A stretch of 62,925 bases of DNA, counting the filler, from Reticulomyxa filosa (Eukaryota > Protista > Foraminifera): the NCBI GenBank assembly GCA_000512085.1. It is 20 parts of 20 records of this genome, joined end to end, with 100 filler letters (N's around TTAATTAATTAA, not from the genome) between each part and the next. Parts side by side here need not be neighbours in the genome. Positions count along the whole stretch, not along the records: positions 49,351 to 54,492 come from ASPP01019812.1; positions 54,593 to 56,472 come from ASPP01009557.1; positions 56,573 to 57,671 come from ASPP01022413.1; positions 57,772 to 62,925 come from ASPP01003323.1; 16 more parts are not named here. One strand, written 5' to 3'. The position numbers and the translations under genes were made by a program. Below are positions 49,351-62,886 of the stretch, one piece after another. The notes beneath the pieces are model-generated. The model saw only the letters and a program-made list of their open reading frames with translations, searched no databases and had not been told where the DNA came from. Every line of letters starts with the position of its first letter. Positions within the stretch are counted from its first letter, which is position 1.

Positions 49351-51660
49351 GCTTTGATATATAAATAAATATTATAAATAATAGCCATCTTGATCAACCA
49401 AAAAACAAGCATCATTGGAATAATGCCGTTTTTTTTTGCACAAATAAAACTCTTCTTGGCCAGTGCTTTCGGCCTCTCATACTCTTTTCGCTCGAACTGA
49501 AGTTTAATGTCGTTTTATTGACGTTTTTGCACAATACTTGAGCCATGTCAATTATCGATTTCGTAATATTGTGTTTCCATTGGAATGGATTTTTTTTTTT
49601 TATCTATCTTCAAATACTCATTTCGTAGCAACGGCGATTCTGCCAGCGGCTTGAACGGTGGACGTAGGTAGTGGGAAATTGGGCGACAGAAAAAGAATAA
49701 GTAGAAGAGTTTTTTGGGAGTTAAAACGGCAGTGAGATCGCTCAAAGTGGAAGGGAGTTCGATGAGAAAGACCATGTCGAAGTCAACATGAAAGCATTGA
49801 CACATTTGGGAGTTGGAGTTAATATGTTGCAAAAACAAGAGTTCAAAGAGGAAGTCACTGATCTGTTCGGAGACGCAAGGAAGATATATTTAAATGGTAC
49901 ACGATCAACGTATCGAATTGACGTTCAAGTTTGTCATGTTCCATGTGGCAAGTTTGCAGCATCAGAGCAAGGATGATGACTCCAAAGACTTTTCATCATT
50001 TTGACCCCCCAGTCGATGTCTTTGCTGTTGAAAGCGACACAAGCATCTTTCACCATTTTGATGTCTTTGTGCATAGTCTGAATTTTTTTTCATTTCCTTT
50101 TGGGTCAGTGTGCTTTTGCCCAGAGCGACACCGTCGGATATGTAGAGTTGGACCCAATGCTTGATGAGGATACTCTGACGCGAGTCAAGTGAATTGGTCC
50201 ACGACTTGCAATAAAGCTGGGATAGCATTTTTGCTGACAAATGCCTTTGGATGATAAGCTTTGAAGAAATGACTTGGAACTGCGAAAGTGATTTCCTGTA
50301 ATTGCTTCACAAACTCCTTCCACTGATCGTCTTTTTCAATTACGTCTTTGCATCGGTGGTTGGTACTCCTTCATTTGCTCAGTCACCTTTTTCAATGCTT
50401 TCCAAGGCCCAAAGTGCTTCTTCAGCTCTATTTCCTTCCGCTTGCGGCTCAGTACCTCGTCTATTTTCAACTTACGTGCCGCTTCGTTGAGGTCCGGACA
50501 ATAGATACTCCATTTCCGCCATCAACGTCGCTTCTTTATCAAATGAGAGTTTCTCCAATTCTTGGAATGTCAATGTGTCATTTTCAACAGCCTATTATAT
50601 ATATATATATATATATAGTGTATATTATCAAATAACAATTGAAAAACACACAGAGACAATGAAGATCAAATACAGCAAATAGATTAAAAGCTGACGCGAA
50701 CAACGAGATGAAGATGACAAAGAGCTTGGCCATGTGCAATTGTCCAAAGTAAAGAGTTTGCTTGAAGAAGTAGTGGATGGTCCGCTTGACGTATACGTTG
50801 GTTTTGACTTGCATGCAATTTGTCTTTGGAGGAAGACGCTGAATTGGAGAAACGAATTGATCAAAGCCAAGACATGGTGGAGAGGAATGACAAATAAATT
50901 GGTTTTGTCTTTGCGAGTCAAGCCAATGTCTTCAAGTGAAATATATACGTATTGTTCCAATATTTGAGATACAATGAATCGCGCAGCCATCGGTCAATAA
51001 AGTCATATTGCACCCGCGTACAAACAACCGAAAGCCAGTATGCAGTATGTCACGACAAATAGCCAAAAATATTCGGACTTTGGACCAGACGTTGCTCAAA
51101 TATTGAATGAATCAGCAAAGCAATCAACACATAGCCCAAATTGATTAGATGCAACTCCGACAATCCGATCAACAGGAACACCACATATGTGATCAGAATC
51201 CACCCATCCAAAGGGATAAAGTACGCGAAATACAACAATGCGAATCCCAAACTGTTTCGACGGATCGACGTGTTTTTCAATACGTAATCCTCAAAGTTGA
51301 ATTGCGACATGTTCATGGCCTCCAATTGCGTCTGGAAGAAGTTGTATTGAATCAACAAAAATATCATCAAAAGTGAGGGATAATAGATGCCCGCGTAATC
51401 GCTCTTCACACTTGGACGCAGACCAATGTTCGACGCCAACGTCTCGTTCATGTCAATCGCAAACGCCTCAAAGATATATCAAATCAATATCACGCACCCG
51501 TTGTACACGATCAGCATCCGCCAATACTTTTTCGCCAAGTCCGTCGACGTCACAAACACCACAAAGAATATTATGTAAACAAAGTGAAGCAAGTCGGCGT
51601 GTTCCATTGACACTACAAATACTAACATTAATACGGCTTTTTCACTTACTGCAAAGAATC
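49351..51660 (-). CDS. Piezo-like large multi-pass membrane protein fragment, several frameshifts
   Basis: Repeated 4-TM-like units ('LHFVYIIFFVVF....KKYWRMLIVY', 'NIGL', 'LINLGYVLIAL', 'FSVFLQRQI') followed by a long hydrophilic region. Pattern reminiscent of Piezo blade/beam. Confidence 0.45.
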
Positions 51661-52259
51661 CTGACGAAAAAACTGTACATATAATGTATATGTATGGACC
51701 AAACAATTATAAAGTTGCTAAACATCTCCACACTAATGTGAAAAATGAATAGGACAAAAGGAGTGGAGGGAAGAAGATACAAAAGTTAATAGAAGTAAGA
51801 AGGAGCTGCTCTGTCAATTCACTCCTTTCACTTTGCTTACTTTTCTTATTTTTTGTTTCCGTTTCGTTCATCTTCCTTTTCATAAATGTCGGCCAGATGT
51901 CGTTTTGAGTACTATGAGGGTCCAAGTTTCATTGCACTCATCATTTTCAATGTCTGGGTCATTATTGATGTTGAACTCATAAATATTGTGATGGCTTTGT
52001 CAGCGAGCTTTTTTTTATTAAAAATAACTATTGCACTTGGTTGCTAGAGTTCCTTCCATTTGAAAGATTTGTAAATTGTACAAATACACTTTTTTTTGTT
52101 TTAGAATAGTATATTTTGTCACTTTTCTAAGTTAATTTTGGGTTCTTTATTTCAAAAAAGCGAAAGAGATTTATAATGTATTGAAATGTAATTCTATACG
52201 CGAAACGTTTAAGAAAAAAAAAAAAGTTGAACTAGAAAATTTGTAAAAAAAAGAATCTC

Positions 52260-52733
52260 TTGTATTTGGTTTTGCATCAAATCTATCTCCAAAGATTCAA
52301 AATATTACTACCACACATTCCCTTACCAAAGTTCTTACTCTTTCTCCAAGGCATTCTCCCATCACACTCACGACTAGATTTCCCACAAAGTCGCATATTC
52401 GCTTTTCAACAAAATCCCCCACGCATTCCCTCGTCAAACATCCAAACACTAGGTTTCCCACAAAAGCACCTACTCCTACTCCTTCGAAGGCGCTCATGCA
52501 TTATATCAAGAGCACCCGTACGTTATCCTTCAAAAGTCCCGACGCGTCATCCGACCAATGATCCAACCAAATACCACTCGATGAATCCAATCCATAGTCC
52601 AACTCAAAAGCTCACTGCGCATCCAAGCAAACAGCCAACCAACTCGGACGGGCTCATGTCCAAAGACCGGAAACTAATCTTTCTTGCTTTTTTTTGCTTT
52701 CTTTTGGTCAAACTATCCATCTTCTTTTCCTGA
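52260..52733 (+). pseudogene. PT/PS-repeat stalk plus TM fragment (surface-protein remnant)
   Basis: 'YPSKVPTRHPTNDPTKY..NPIHSPTQ...HPSKQPT' followed by hydrophobic 'LIFLAFFCFLLV'. No clear start and frame disruptions upstream. Confidence 0.35.
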
Positions 52734-53006
52734 TCGCAGGTGCTGGTTAAACGAGGAGCCGTGGCAGTCTTGGTAAGCCATTTAGTTGCGAAGATAGAAT
52801 GTTTATTTTTTAGTTTTCCAAAATGAATACGTATTAAGAAAATCGAAATTTCGTACCATTAAAAGTATATATTTTTTGTTTTGAATTTTGTTTATAGGAT
52901 CACTCCTGAATAAATCAAATTTTATCAACACAAATTGCTTGGGAAAAAAAAAATACAAAGATCAAACTTAATTAAAGAATTATGAACTATCGTAGCCATT
53001 TTTTTT

Positions 53007-53910
53007 TTATATTTGTTTTTGATTAGATGAAATTTCATTATTCATCTGATTAAAATTCCTTTTCAACGAGTGATTTATTTGGTGTTGCAAGCTTTGGAGT
53101 AAATTTTCAAATGATAACCTAAGATTTACATCTTTATTTTCGTTTTGGGATTGATCTAATTTTTCTTTGATTGTATTGTTTTCTTGTTGGGATTGATCTA
53201 ACTTTTCTTTGATAGTATTGTTTTCGTGTTGGAATTGATCTAATTTTTCTTTGAGATTGTTATTTTCATTTCGTAAATTTTTCAATGCCACTTTAAGGGC
53301 ATTGTTCTCATTTCGCAAATAATCCAGTTCATTTTCCTGAATTTCATTAAAATAAAATTGCTCGTGCTCTTCTTTTTGGCCTTCTTTTTGCTCTTCTTCG
53401 TCATTTTCTTTTTCTCTTGTCTTCTTCCGATTGAAGCAAGTACTCTTCTTGGTCTTCTTCTTCATTTTCTTTTTCTTCTTGTTCATCTTCTGATTGAACC
53501 AAGTATTCATCTTCAATCGGAATATTATTCCTATAATTTCTTAATTGCTCTCTGAGCCCTTTTATTATTTCAATAGTATCACTTGTAAAATTTTTCATTC
53601 TTGCAATACCGGTATGCTGGTTACATCGAATATCCAAAGATAAATTAAATGCATCACGAAAATCTCTGCACCAAGAACTTCCGCATGCACAGTAGGTGGG
53701 ATGACTTCCACAAAATAAGTTAACTGCCGCTTGAATAAAACCACCATACTTAAACTTAGGGTGAATTAAGTTCCAAAAATTATTATTTGAATTAAAATCC
53801 AAGTTGTCAATTATATTGTGCAAAGAATTTCTTTGACACTTGCGACAAATGACATGACCTCGATTACAATTACAACGAACTTTAGCAACAGTATGATTGC
53901 AATTGCTCAT
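53007..53910 (-). CDS. Hypothetical protein: Cys/His-rich N-terminus, duplicated acidic linker, coiled coil; frameshift ~53410
   Basis: ORFs 53401-53952 and 53007-53516 overlap in a purine run. 'CNCNRGHVICRKC...HPTYCACGSSWC' and 14-aa repeat 'ENNTIKEKLDQSQ'. Confidence 0.55.
53140..53270 (-). repeat. 42-bp coding tandem repeat x3 (two heptads per unit)
   Basis: 'ttgatctaa(t/c)ttttctttga..gt.ttgttttc.tgttgg' recurs at 42-nt spacing. Confidence 0.85.
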
Positions 53911-54592
53911 AGCTGTTATCAATGGAAAAGAAAACATAAGTAAAAAAAACACAAATAAAAAAAAACTAACAAAAAAAAAGGGAAATGCAAAAAATTATTC
54001 AAGTTTTTTTGTGACCTACTTTAATTTTTTGTACAAAAATCACACTATTTGAAAAAAATTAATTTGAAAAGTTGTTTTAAAATTTTGATCTACTGGGTTT
54101 TTTTATGGAACTTGGAGACTATTGTATTCTTACTGTATTCCATGTGAGTGGTGTTATTTCTTTTCTCTCTAAAAAAAAAATGTGCAAATTGTGACATTTG
54201 GCCAAGTCAAAAAGTATTTTTAGTTTAAAGGCAATTTGCTTCCGCTGCTAAACTTGATTATTTTGAAGTGATTGCAAATGTGCAATTTGAAAATTTTAAT
54301 ATTGAAGAAAATTGACTATTTAATTGGAAGGAGTCATAATTTTTTATTTGAAATTTATTTTGATACAAGATACAAATAAAATTGTATATATTAGCATTGT
54401 TTTTTTTTTTTTAAGGGAATAATAAACACAAAATGTGGAAATATTTTATGTTGTCTTTTAATAATCCAAAAAATAAAAAATCTAATTTGTTANNNNNNNN
54501 NNNNNNNNNNNNNNNNNNNNNNNNNNNNNNNNNNNNTTAATTAATTAANNNNNNNNNNNNNNNNNNNNNNNNNNNNNNNNNNNNNNNNNNNN

Positions 54593-54761
54593 CGTATGGG
54601 TTGGTCGGTTGCTTCCAATGCACCAAGTAAGAAAAACAATCCTCTTCAGGAACGTACTTGCGATCCGATATTTTCTCAACTTCCCACTTTTGTAACCTTC
54701 TTCATTTTTTTTTTTTAATGTTTTACATTTTTTTTTTTTTGTCAAATAATTATATATGCAC

Positions 54762-54804
<43 letters not shown>

Positions 54805-55388
54805 ATAACTTCGTTCTTATTATGGATACTTGTCTTCTGTATACCCCCTCTCCCCTTTTGCTGACGTTGTCGCTGTCGGTGTGGGTCTTGTGCTTCGTAC
54901 GTATTCACACCGATACATTGGCTCCGACTTTGCTTGAACTTTTGCAATTTGTAAAACTCCTTTGGATGCATTTCCAGAAATGAATTCTCACTGTAATCCA
55001 ACACACGTCCATTTTTATATTTCACTTCATATTGTTGGTTCTGCGTTCGTCCATCGGGGTCCATTATCATCACTATATCCGTCACCGCCTCGACTTCGCT
55101 TTCCTCGTCTGCTACTATCTGTTGCTGCTGTTGCTGCTGCTCAAGTCCTGCTTTTTCTTGCTGTCTCTCGTCGCTTGTTAGTACTACTTCTTGTTTTTCT
55201 TCGCTCCTGCTCGTTGCGCCATTTCCATGCCCGTTCTTGTCCTTTTCTTCCCACCGTAAATAAGAAAAATCATTCAGGTCGGATGGAAAATGCGATGAAT
55301 CACTATCTTGAATAGTTTCTGGAATAGTATCTTGAACAGTCTCTTGGACTGTAGTTTGTTTTGGTTGATAGTGCAGATTACTAAACAT
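54593..55388 (-). CDS. Hypothetical protein, 5' fragment
   Basis: ATG-initiated 212-aa ORF with Q/E-rich region, running into a (TA)n intron. Confidence 0.5.
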
Positions 55389-55904
55389 TAACTTTGAACT
55401 TTTTTTTTTACTGAAACAACTATACTAGCCGATTTTTTTAACAAAGATTTGTAACGTGTTTATCAATTCATATCCAAGCTGGTATTTAACAAAACATTTT
55501 TGAAAAAGCTGCACAGTGTCCATTCTGCGAAAAGCCGAAATTAGCAAATTCAAAGAGTACTCTTGTCTACCAAAAAAACTTTTAATTTACCCTTTGAAAT
55601 TATCCTTAAAAATAACTAAAAGAAAGTTTTTTTACCACTCAAGTGTTATAAAACATGGCGTTGGTATTCTTTATTTCTCTTTACTTGATCTTCCGTCACA
55701 ATAAATGAAGGAAAGGGAGGTCAGAAAAACGGGCAAGCAAAACAGCAGTCTTTCATATAAAACGTACAAAAAAAAAAAAATAAAATAAACCCCACAGCAG
55801 AACAACGAAAATGAACCACAGCCAACAGGTGCAAAAAAAAAACTTTGTATTTTTTTTTTTTTAACTGTTATAAAAAAAAAAAAAAACTCGAATAAAAAAA
55901 GTAG

Positions 55905-56450
55905 GCGACACGGCGGCATTGATTAAAAATGAAGAGAACGTAGTGACGAACGAAGAGAAGCAAGACAAAATAGAGAACCTAGATATTGGACAAGAATTGA
56001 GCGACGAAAAGCAAGATAGAATAGAGAGTGAGGACGCGAATGAAAATGGCACAAAAGAAGACACTACAAATGAGAATGTGAATGGGGGTGAGAATGCAGC
56101 TGCGAATACAAGTGAGAATGTGAATGGGACTGAGAATGCAAATGGAAATGCAGATGCAAATGGAAATGACGAAGCAATAAATGCAACACAAACGATACTA
56201 TCGGAAGAAGATTTGAATCAATTGAAAAAGTATTTGCCTTATTTCCACGAGTTTATAAACAAGCCTGAGCATTCGGTGTTGAGCATGAGCGAGTACAAGG
56301 AAAACCCGGACTTGTACTTGCAAGCCATTTTGAGAAAATATAACGTCGATCATCCCAAGACGCTGCAAAGCAATGCCCCCAAAAAAAGTGAAGAAAACCT
56401 ATCAGCTTATCACGAACAAGAAATGCCACTTCGACCTTGGATTGAAGGTT
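55905..56450 (+). CDS. Hypothetical protein exon (N/E-rich, then helical)
   Basis: 177-aa ORF flanked by intron-like A/T runs. Confidence 0.5.
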
Positions 56451-56572
56451 AACTAGCAAAAAAAAAAAAAAANNNNNNNNNNNNNNNNNNNNNNNNNNNN
56501 NNNNNNNNNNNNNNNNTTAATTAATTAANNNNNNNNNNNNNNNNNNNNNNNNNNNNNNNNNNNNNNNNNNNN

Positions 56573-57607
56573 TGCTGAATATTGGAGAAAAACAAAGTTA
56601 TTCTCCAGTCCAACATATTATGAAGACGAACTTGCAATCTTAAAACAATATAATATTCCTGTTCACGCTTTTTATGTGGATTTTCTTCATGAAAACAACA
56701 TTTAAACATAATTTTTTAAAATATATAAATTCGAAAAAGATTATAGGTATACCACATCATCGATGAAATGCCCACTGTTGACTGGGCCAATTGCTGCCAT
56801 CCATCTGTACAATAATTTTTTGAATTACTTGCATCTTCGAAGTCTCACATGACTTAGGTAATCCTGATTTGGTTTTCGAATCTGTGCCAGTGCTCTCTGA
56901 AGCGTAAGATGAGGAGGGATCCAAACCGTCCTTGTGTTATCTTCAGTTTCTTGATCATAAAAAGAGTAGTTCTTACAAAAACAAAACCAATATTCTTAAA
57001 ATTCGAATGCGACAATGCTAAACAATTGGTTATGTGCAATGTGCATTACGTATACAAAAACCTAGTTTTATTCTTTTGCACTTTGCAGAGGAATATATTG
57101 GAGAAGGAGTATTTGAAAGTGAGTTCCATGTTGTATAAGTTTCTCTCTTCAAACAAGCTAACAAACCATTTGCAGAAGCAGAAGTTTTTTGAAAAAAAAA
57201 AGGAAAACTATTCCACTTTCTGAGATAGAAAAAAAAAAGGTGTGAATAATATTCAATTAAATATTCATTCCAAAAGACAATTATACTTTTCAATTATGTG
57301 TCACTACGTTGTTTTTGGAAATGAAATACTGTCAAATTTCAACAACTATTTACTTTTAGTTGTTTCGTCTAAAATATGTAAATATTTCAAAAATTGCAAT
57401 TTTGCATCTTTCTTTTGTGGACACATTACATTTTACTGAACAAAAAAAAAAAAGGATTTTTCCTTTTTCTTTTTGTCGTCTTTCCTTATCCAACCTGTAT
57501 TTGGGGGGAGTGCTATTATCACAGTCCAAGGCTGCAGCTGCATAATTTGTTAACAAGAAAGAAACCAGCAGTACGTAAAGCTTTTTAGTGAAAAAAAACT
57601 TTTGCAA
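56573..57607 (-). CDS. Hypothetical secreted protein, multi-exon 5' fragment
   Basis: Signal-peptide-like 'LYVLLVSFLLTNYAAAA|LDC' and downstream exon-like blocks with frameshifts. Confidence 0.3.
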
Positions 57608-58965
57608 CTTTTATTACGAGCACATTGAAAAAAAATTTTGTTAAAAACTATAATAACGTTTGAAAAATAAANNNNNNNNNNNNNNNNNNNNNNNNNNNNN
57701 NNNNNNNNNNNNNNNTTAATTAATTAANNNNNNNNNNNNNNNNNNNNNNNNNNNNNNNNNNNNNNNNNNNNCCGGTTGAGAACTTTAATAGAAGGCCCAT
57801 CAGTGGTACAAACCGCAATTACCTCTCAACACGATTTTCTCGCGGAGACACATAATTGTTCAGTTTTGTCCTCCTGACGGTTTTTAACCTTCCAACTCCC
57901 CTCTTCCCCAATTCACATCTTATTAAAAATCATTATCATTATTATTTTTTTTTTTTTTTAAATTCAGTCGCATCCCTCCCATCTCATTCTTCTCCCTCCG
58001 CCAATGAAGGTGGTCGATTTTCAACGACAATAGCGCAGCCAGTTTCAACAATATCTTTGGTTTGTTTTGTTTTTGTTTTTATTATTTTACTTATCAAAAA
58101 AATAAAATAAAATAAATGCACTTTTTTTTTTTTTTTTTTGGACTTATCTGTTTTAGAAGATGGAGTGATGGATTGGTGAAGATAGACGCAGTAAAAAAAA
58201 AAAATTATTGATAATGTTGAGTATTATGACTCAATAATTTTTAATAATGTTCCTGATGTTATTGGGCGTTTTTTGAGTCGTTTTTTTGTATCAAATCAAA
58301 ATTATATTCAAAAATATTTCATTTAAAAAGATTTTCTGATGATTGGAAAAATAATTTCAATAATTTTTTTTTTAGTATTAACCAGATTAAATTTGAAATT
58401 TTTTTAAAAAATTTGCTTAACTCATTGCAAAATATGACATTCAACTTAATCGAAATAATTGAAAGTTTATTACGTTTATTTTATGAAAAAACTGTGCAAC
58501 GTCTGAAGCGTGCTGATTGTCCACTTTGACTAGAAACAATGTACTACACAAACACTGAATAATTTTTCAAAGGATGCAAACAAATGACAGCAAACAAGAA
58601 GAAGAGATGAGAGAAGGCGTGAAGTAAGTAAGTTTAGATTAAAGTAGTTTTAGAGTCCCTCCCTCCTAAAAGGTAGAGCCTTGCTCTACAAAAGTGACTT
58701 TCGTTTTGTGGAGGATTCTTGTGATATTTTTTTGTTTACGAATTGTTACCAAGTACTTACCCGAATGACCTTATATGAAAAAGATGAAAGGGGAAATGAA
58801 ATTCGTTTATGTAAGTAGAAGCACATTATCACAGGAGAAGATATTCTAATGAAAATTATTAAAATACAAACTAGAGGCAATGTGATAAAGTAAAAACTTA
58901 TACACTCAAAACAACAGTTTTACAAAGTATTTTACGTGCGATGTTACAATTTAAGAATTTCAATT

Positions 58966-60483
58966 TTATTTTGAAACTTGTGAAGACATCCACACAACTT
59001 TCCATTCGTTTACAATTCTTTTTTGCAATGCTTCCTTTGCTTGGTTGAAATCAACAATGGTTCTCTTTTTTTTTTTCCATTCGGTAAGAAATATTGCGAC
59101 AAAACTAACAAAAAGTCGATTTAACACAGACATGATCGATTTGGCTTGGATGCTTACATCATAAATGTGGGTTGTGCGCAACAAGGAATTAATCAGAAGT
59201 CCAGTAATTTCAAAAGCTGTAATTGCAAAAGGAAAACTATATTGTGGGTCATTACAAACAGCAACAATATCATTCAAACTCATGAGTTCATTGGTCGACG
59301 ATGCTTGTAAGTATTCAATCAGCCATAATAATTGAAGAACTCCCAACATTCCATAGCCTCGCACATCTGTCGCAGGATCAGTCCCTTGGAAACCTATTTT
59401 CTCCCACTGACTACCAATTTTGACATAAGCTACCTCAAGCCCGTGACTTTTGATTAACTGGCTCCATATTTTTTGCATTATCCTATTACATATGCAATTT
59501 GTATTCTTGAAGGGAGAGTGCTTATTTGTTAAAACAGAGGCCTTATTTTTTTTTTTTTTTTTGCTTGTCTCCTTTCTTGCACTTATAACGTTACCGCGAA
59601 TGTAATTTGTTTTCTTGATTTAATCCAAGTTTTGCCATTTTGAATATTTGCTCTCTTTCCTTACATAAAACCTTATCCAACTTTGGAGGACCAACGAGCT
59701 TAAGATAGAGCCACTCTGTACACCCTACGTCACGAAAGTCATACATATTTGTGGCCTATTTGTGTAATTATATATATTATATATTCGAAATGAATGGCGC
59801 ATCTTTTTTCAAAAAAGTTACAAAAATACCTCAAGCTTTTCGCATTCTTTACACAACTCTGCCCATGCTTCTGCAAATGTTATCGTCGTTTCGCCTGTTG
59901 TCAGACGGTTTGTCTCTGAAACCTTTTGTGAGGATTCTATTACATTTTTATTTTCCAAATCCAACCATTGTTTTTGTACATCTTGACATTCTTCAAGATT
60001 TGTCACGTCATCGTTCTTGCCATTCGCAGGCTTTTCTTGACTTTGCCCCTGAACATCCTCGGTAAATTTTGCAAGAGTTACAGAATTTTGCACGTACGGT
60101 GCCAAAATGTTGGTTGGTTGTAGATATTCGGATAAGATATTTGCTTGTATTAAGAGTGGAGAAGGACTCTTGTCTGTATTCAAAGAAGAGTTTCTATTGT
60201 TGACTTCAACGACATCAGTGAAACTTTTTTGATAGCATTTGCGTGCGTTGTCTTGTGCTTGTTGTTGTGCTGATGGCTTTAATCTTTTGGCTGTGTGTAA
60301 GATATTATCAAAATTGAATTCCTCTGATTCTTGGCCGTCTTTTTCACCTTTTTCTGTTTTAATATATCGATCAGTTTCAAATTCAAAGTCACTTAATGAT
60401 TCTGATCTTTGTTCGTCTCTAATCATTTTAATGCCAAGAAAAGTTTTTGCTTTTATTTTAAGTTTGTTTATGAGAGCACTCAT
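58966..60483 (-). CDS. ELMO/CED-12 domain protein (ELMOD-type Arf/Arl GAP), 3 exons
   Basis: 'WEKIGFQGTDPATDVRGYGMLG' (with catalytic Arg), 'FPFAITAFEIT' and 'TIVDFN'. Confidence 0.9.
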
Positions 60484-60763
60484 AGAAAATTAGTGACTTG
60501 ACGTCATGAAGAAAGTAGTTGCTGTGTAATACCATTTTTAAATTCATTTGTTGAATATGAACAGTCAAAGTACAATGGTAGCAAGTAGCTATAAAAAATA
60601 ATGTGATCAAGATCATATCTTTATCAGTAGTGACAAAAAAATTGTTTATTTAAAGCAAATATCGAAATCTGCTAAACGAATATTCTGAGATATAACAAAG
60701 GATTTTCTCAACAAAAAAAAAAGTGCAAATCCTAACCAATAAAAATAATTATCAAAAAAAAAA

Positions 60764-61113
60764 ATGGCCGTTGGTTTGCTTTCACTATTGAAACCGGTAA
60801 ATATCTTTGTAGTAGGATGTGTGATAGGAGGTTGTATTGGTTATAAAACAGGTGTTACTCCCACACCGCCTTCAACGTCTTTTGAAATAACGGAAGATGT
60901 TCTTGTGATCACTTTGATTGTTATCGCACTTGTTGACATGGACTCCTGGTTGTCCATTGACTTGTTGAGTTGCATCTGCATGTCGTATGTGGGTGGGAGA
61001 TTTATGTATGATATAGTTACTTCCTATATCTTCATGTCCACCCAATTCATTATTCATCACATATTAGGTAATGTGCCTCCCCTGTTTGTATTTGTCTAAA
61101 AAACAAAAAGTAG

Positions 61114-61150
<37 letters not shown>

Positions 61151-61717
61151 GGTACAATAGGACTGTTTTGGGTACACCAATACGAATGTGGTGGACATGC
61201 AATCTGTGCATTGTTAGTGGATTGCGTAACGGATACGTTATTGGATTGCTATCATGCCAAGTTATTGCCAAGACTATACTACAAATACTATTACTTCATA
61301 TCCAATGTCGTATTATTTTTTGCAGTGAGAATTGTATGGTACAATTATGTGCTATATGAAACCACCAAAGAGGCTTGGAGTGTGTCCAAGTTAGGAACGA
61401 AATGCCTCCGCATGTGGCAAGAAAAATGCATGGACCAACACAATGTGCAGACAGGGACATTGCATCATGGCTTGGCTTGCACTGCGGTGATTCTTAGAGA
61501 ACTGCAATTGGATTGGGATACGATCAATGACAAATATTTATTATTTGCATTTTTAATGGTCAGTTGGTGGATATTTAGTATCATTTATCATTTGTCCATG
61601 GCTTATTCTCGCGTGTATTTAGTATATTCGTATTCGTTCGCGGCAATTGTCAGTCACTACGTACAAGTGTTTAAAGGAATGTTTGGAATTTCTACCGCAT
61701 CACAAAAAGAAAAATAG
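60764..61717 (+). CDS. TLC (TRAM/LAG1/CLN8) domain membrane protein, 2 exons (intron 61068-61151)
   Basis: Spliced in frame: 'GGRFMYDI...FIIHHILGTIG...LLVDCVTDTLL...VLFFAVRIVW', with the TLC-like YD, HH and F...R pattern. Confidence 0.6.
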
Positions 61718-62850
61718 ACAAACTTCATTTGAAAGTATTTTTGTTTTTTCTGGTTTCATTTGAAGCTTGGCTTTGCTTTTCTTTTTTCTCTCTCCCCTTT
61801 CTTAATTCGTTGAAGTACTGGTTGACACCAAAATGCTGCTTCACAATGCTAAAATTTTTGATATCAATACCTATCATTTAAAAAACATCCATCTTTTTGT
61901 TACTATATTCAGAGCTCTCATAAATTAGAACCAACAACAACAAAAATTCATTTTTTCCTTTCTGAGCGCATTTAAAAACGTTACTTTTCCCCAATTCACA
62001 TAAATAATCTATTTATCTACACAGATCTTTTCATGTTAACTATTTTCTTTTCAGTTTTGAATTTTTTATTTTTCCGGGGTTCTCGGTTTCCTACGTTCAT
62101 TTTTAAGTTTTTTTTTGAAAATATATATATTAAGAAAAATGATGCTAACATCAAATTTTATACAAGCAGAATGTATATCCAATCAAAATGAAGGTTTATC
62201 TAACTCAAACATTTGCAAAAGATCATTGGTGAGATGAAGGTTTTTCCACAACAAAAAAAAAAGGGGGAGGAAAAAAAAAGAAAAAAACATTTGTGTTTTT
62301 GGTGTATGAAACTCACAAGTAGCAAATATTCACTCCATTTAGCCGCTTTCCTTTGCTGGTCACAATAAGCGAATAAAACTGTCCTTGTCGACTCACGATG
62401 CTAACCTTTCAATGGCATGTTCCTCTTCGTTAGAAAGCTTTGACTTTTTCAATTTGGGCGTAGTGCTTGGCAACGTGCGTAGTTATGACCCTGATCAAAC
62501 TAATCCAGTTTGGTTTTTGCATTTTTTGTTTGTTTATTTGTTTCTCTCTTTATTCCGCTCCCGTTATTTTCATGGTACGTGTGACGCGTTTTCGCGCACT
62601 TAAAATTTTCTCGCCTCTCCAAGAAAAAAAAGGGGGGTGTAAAATTGGGAAGATAAGGGGGGGGGAAGGGAGAAGAAAAAAAAAAATTAATAATAATAAT
62701 GATAACAACATCTATCAAATAAACAAAAGGCATGTACGATGATGGCACCTGAATGTCCGTCGAAACCAAATAACCGAAAAGTGATAAAGCGAACTTGGGA
62801 TCCACCACTTGTTCAAGTAAAAGTTTTTGTAACATACTAAGCTTGAACAA

Positions 62851-62880
62851 CCCAATCCAATCCAATCCAATCCAATCCAA
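62851..62880 (+). repeat. (CCAAT)n microsatellite
   Basis: About 6 copies of ccaat before the terminal poly(A). Confidence 0.9.
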
Positions 62881-62886
62881 ATTGGC

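Noticed and set aside
55000-55110. Chromodomain-like 'EVEAVTD...QYEVKYKNG'
   Set aside because: Lacks the aromatic-cage Trp residues and the TWEP motif. Resemblance too weak.
58753-58763. TACTTACC as the 5' end of U1 snRNA
   Set aside because: No downstream U1 stem-loops or Sm site recognisable. An 8-mer match is expected by chance.
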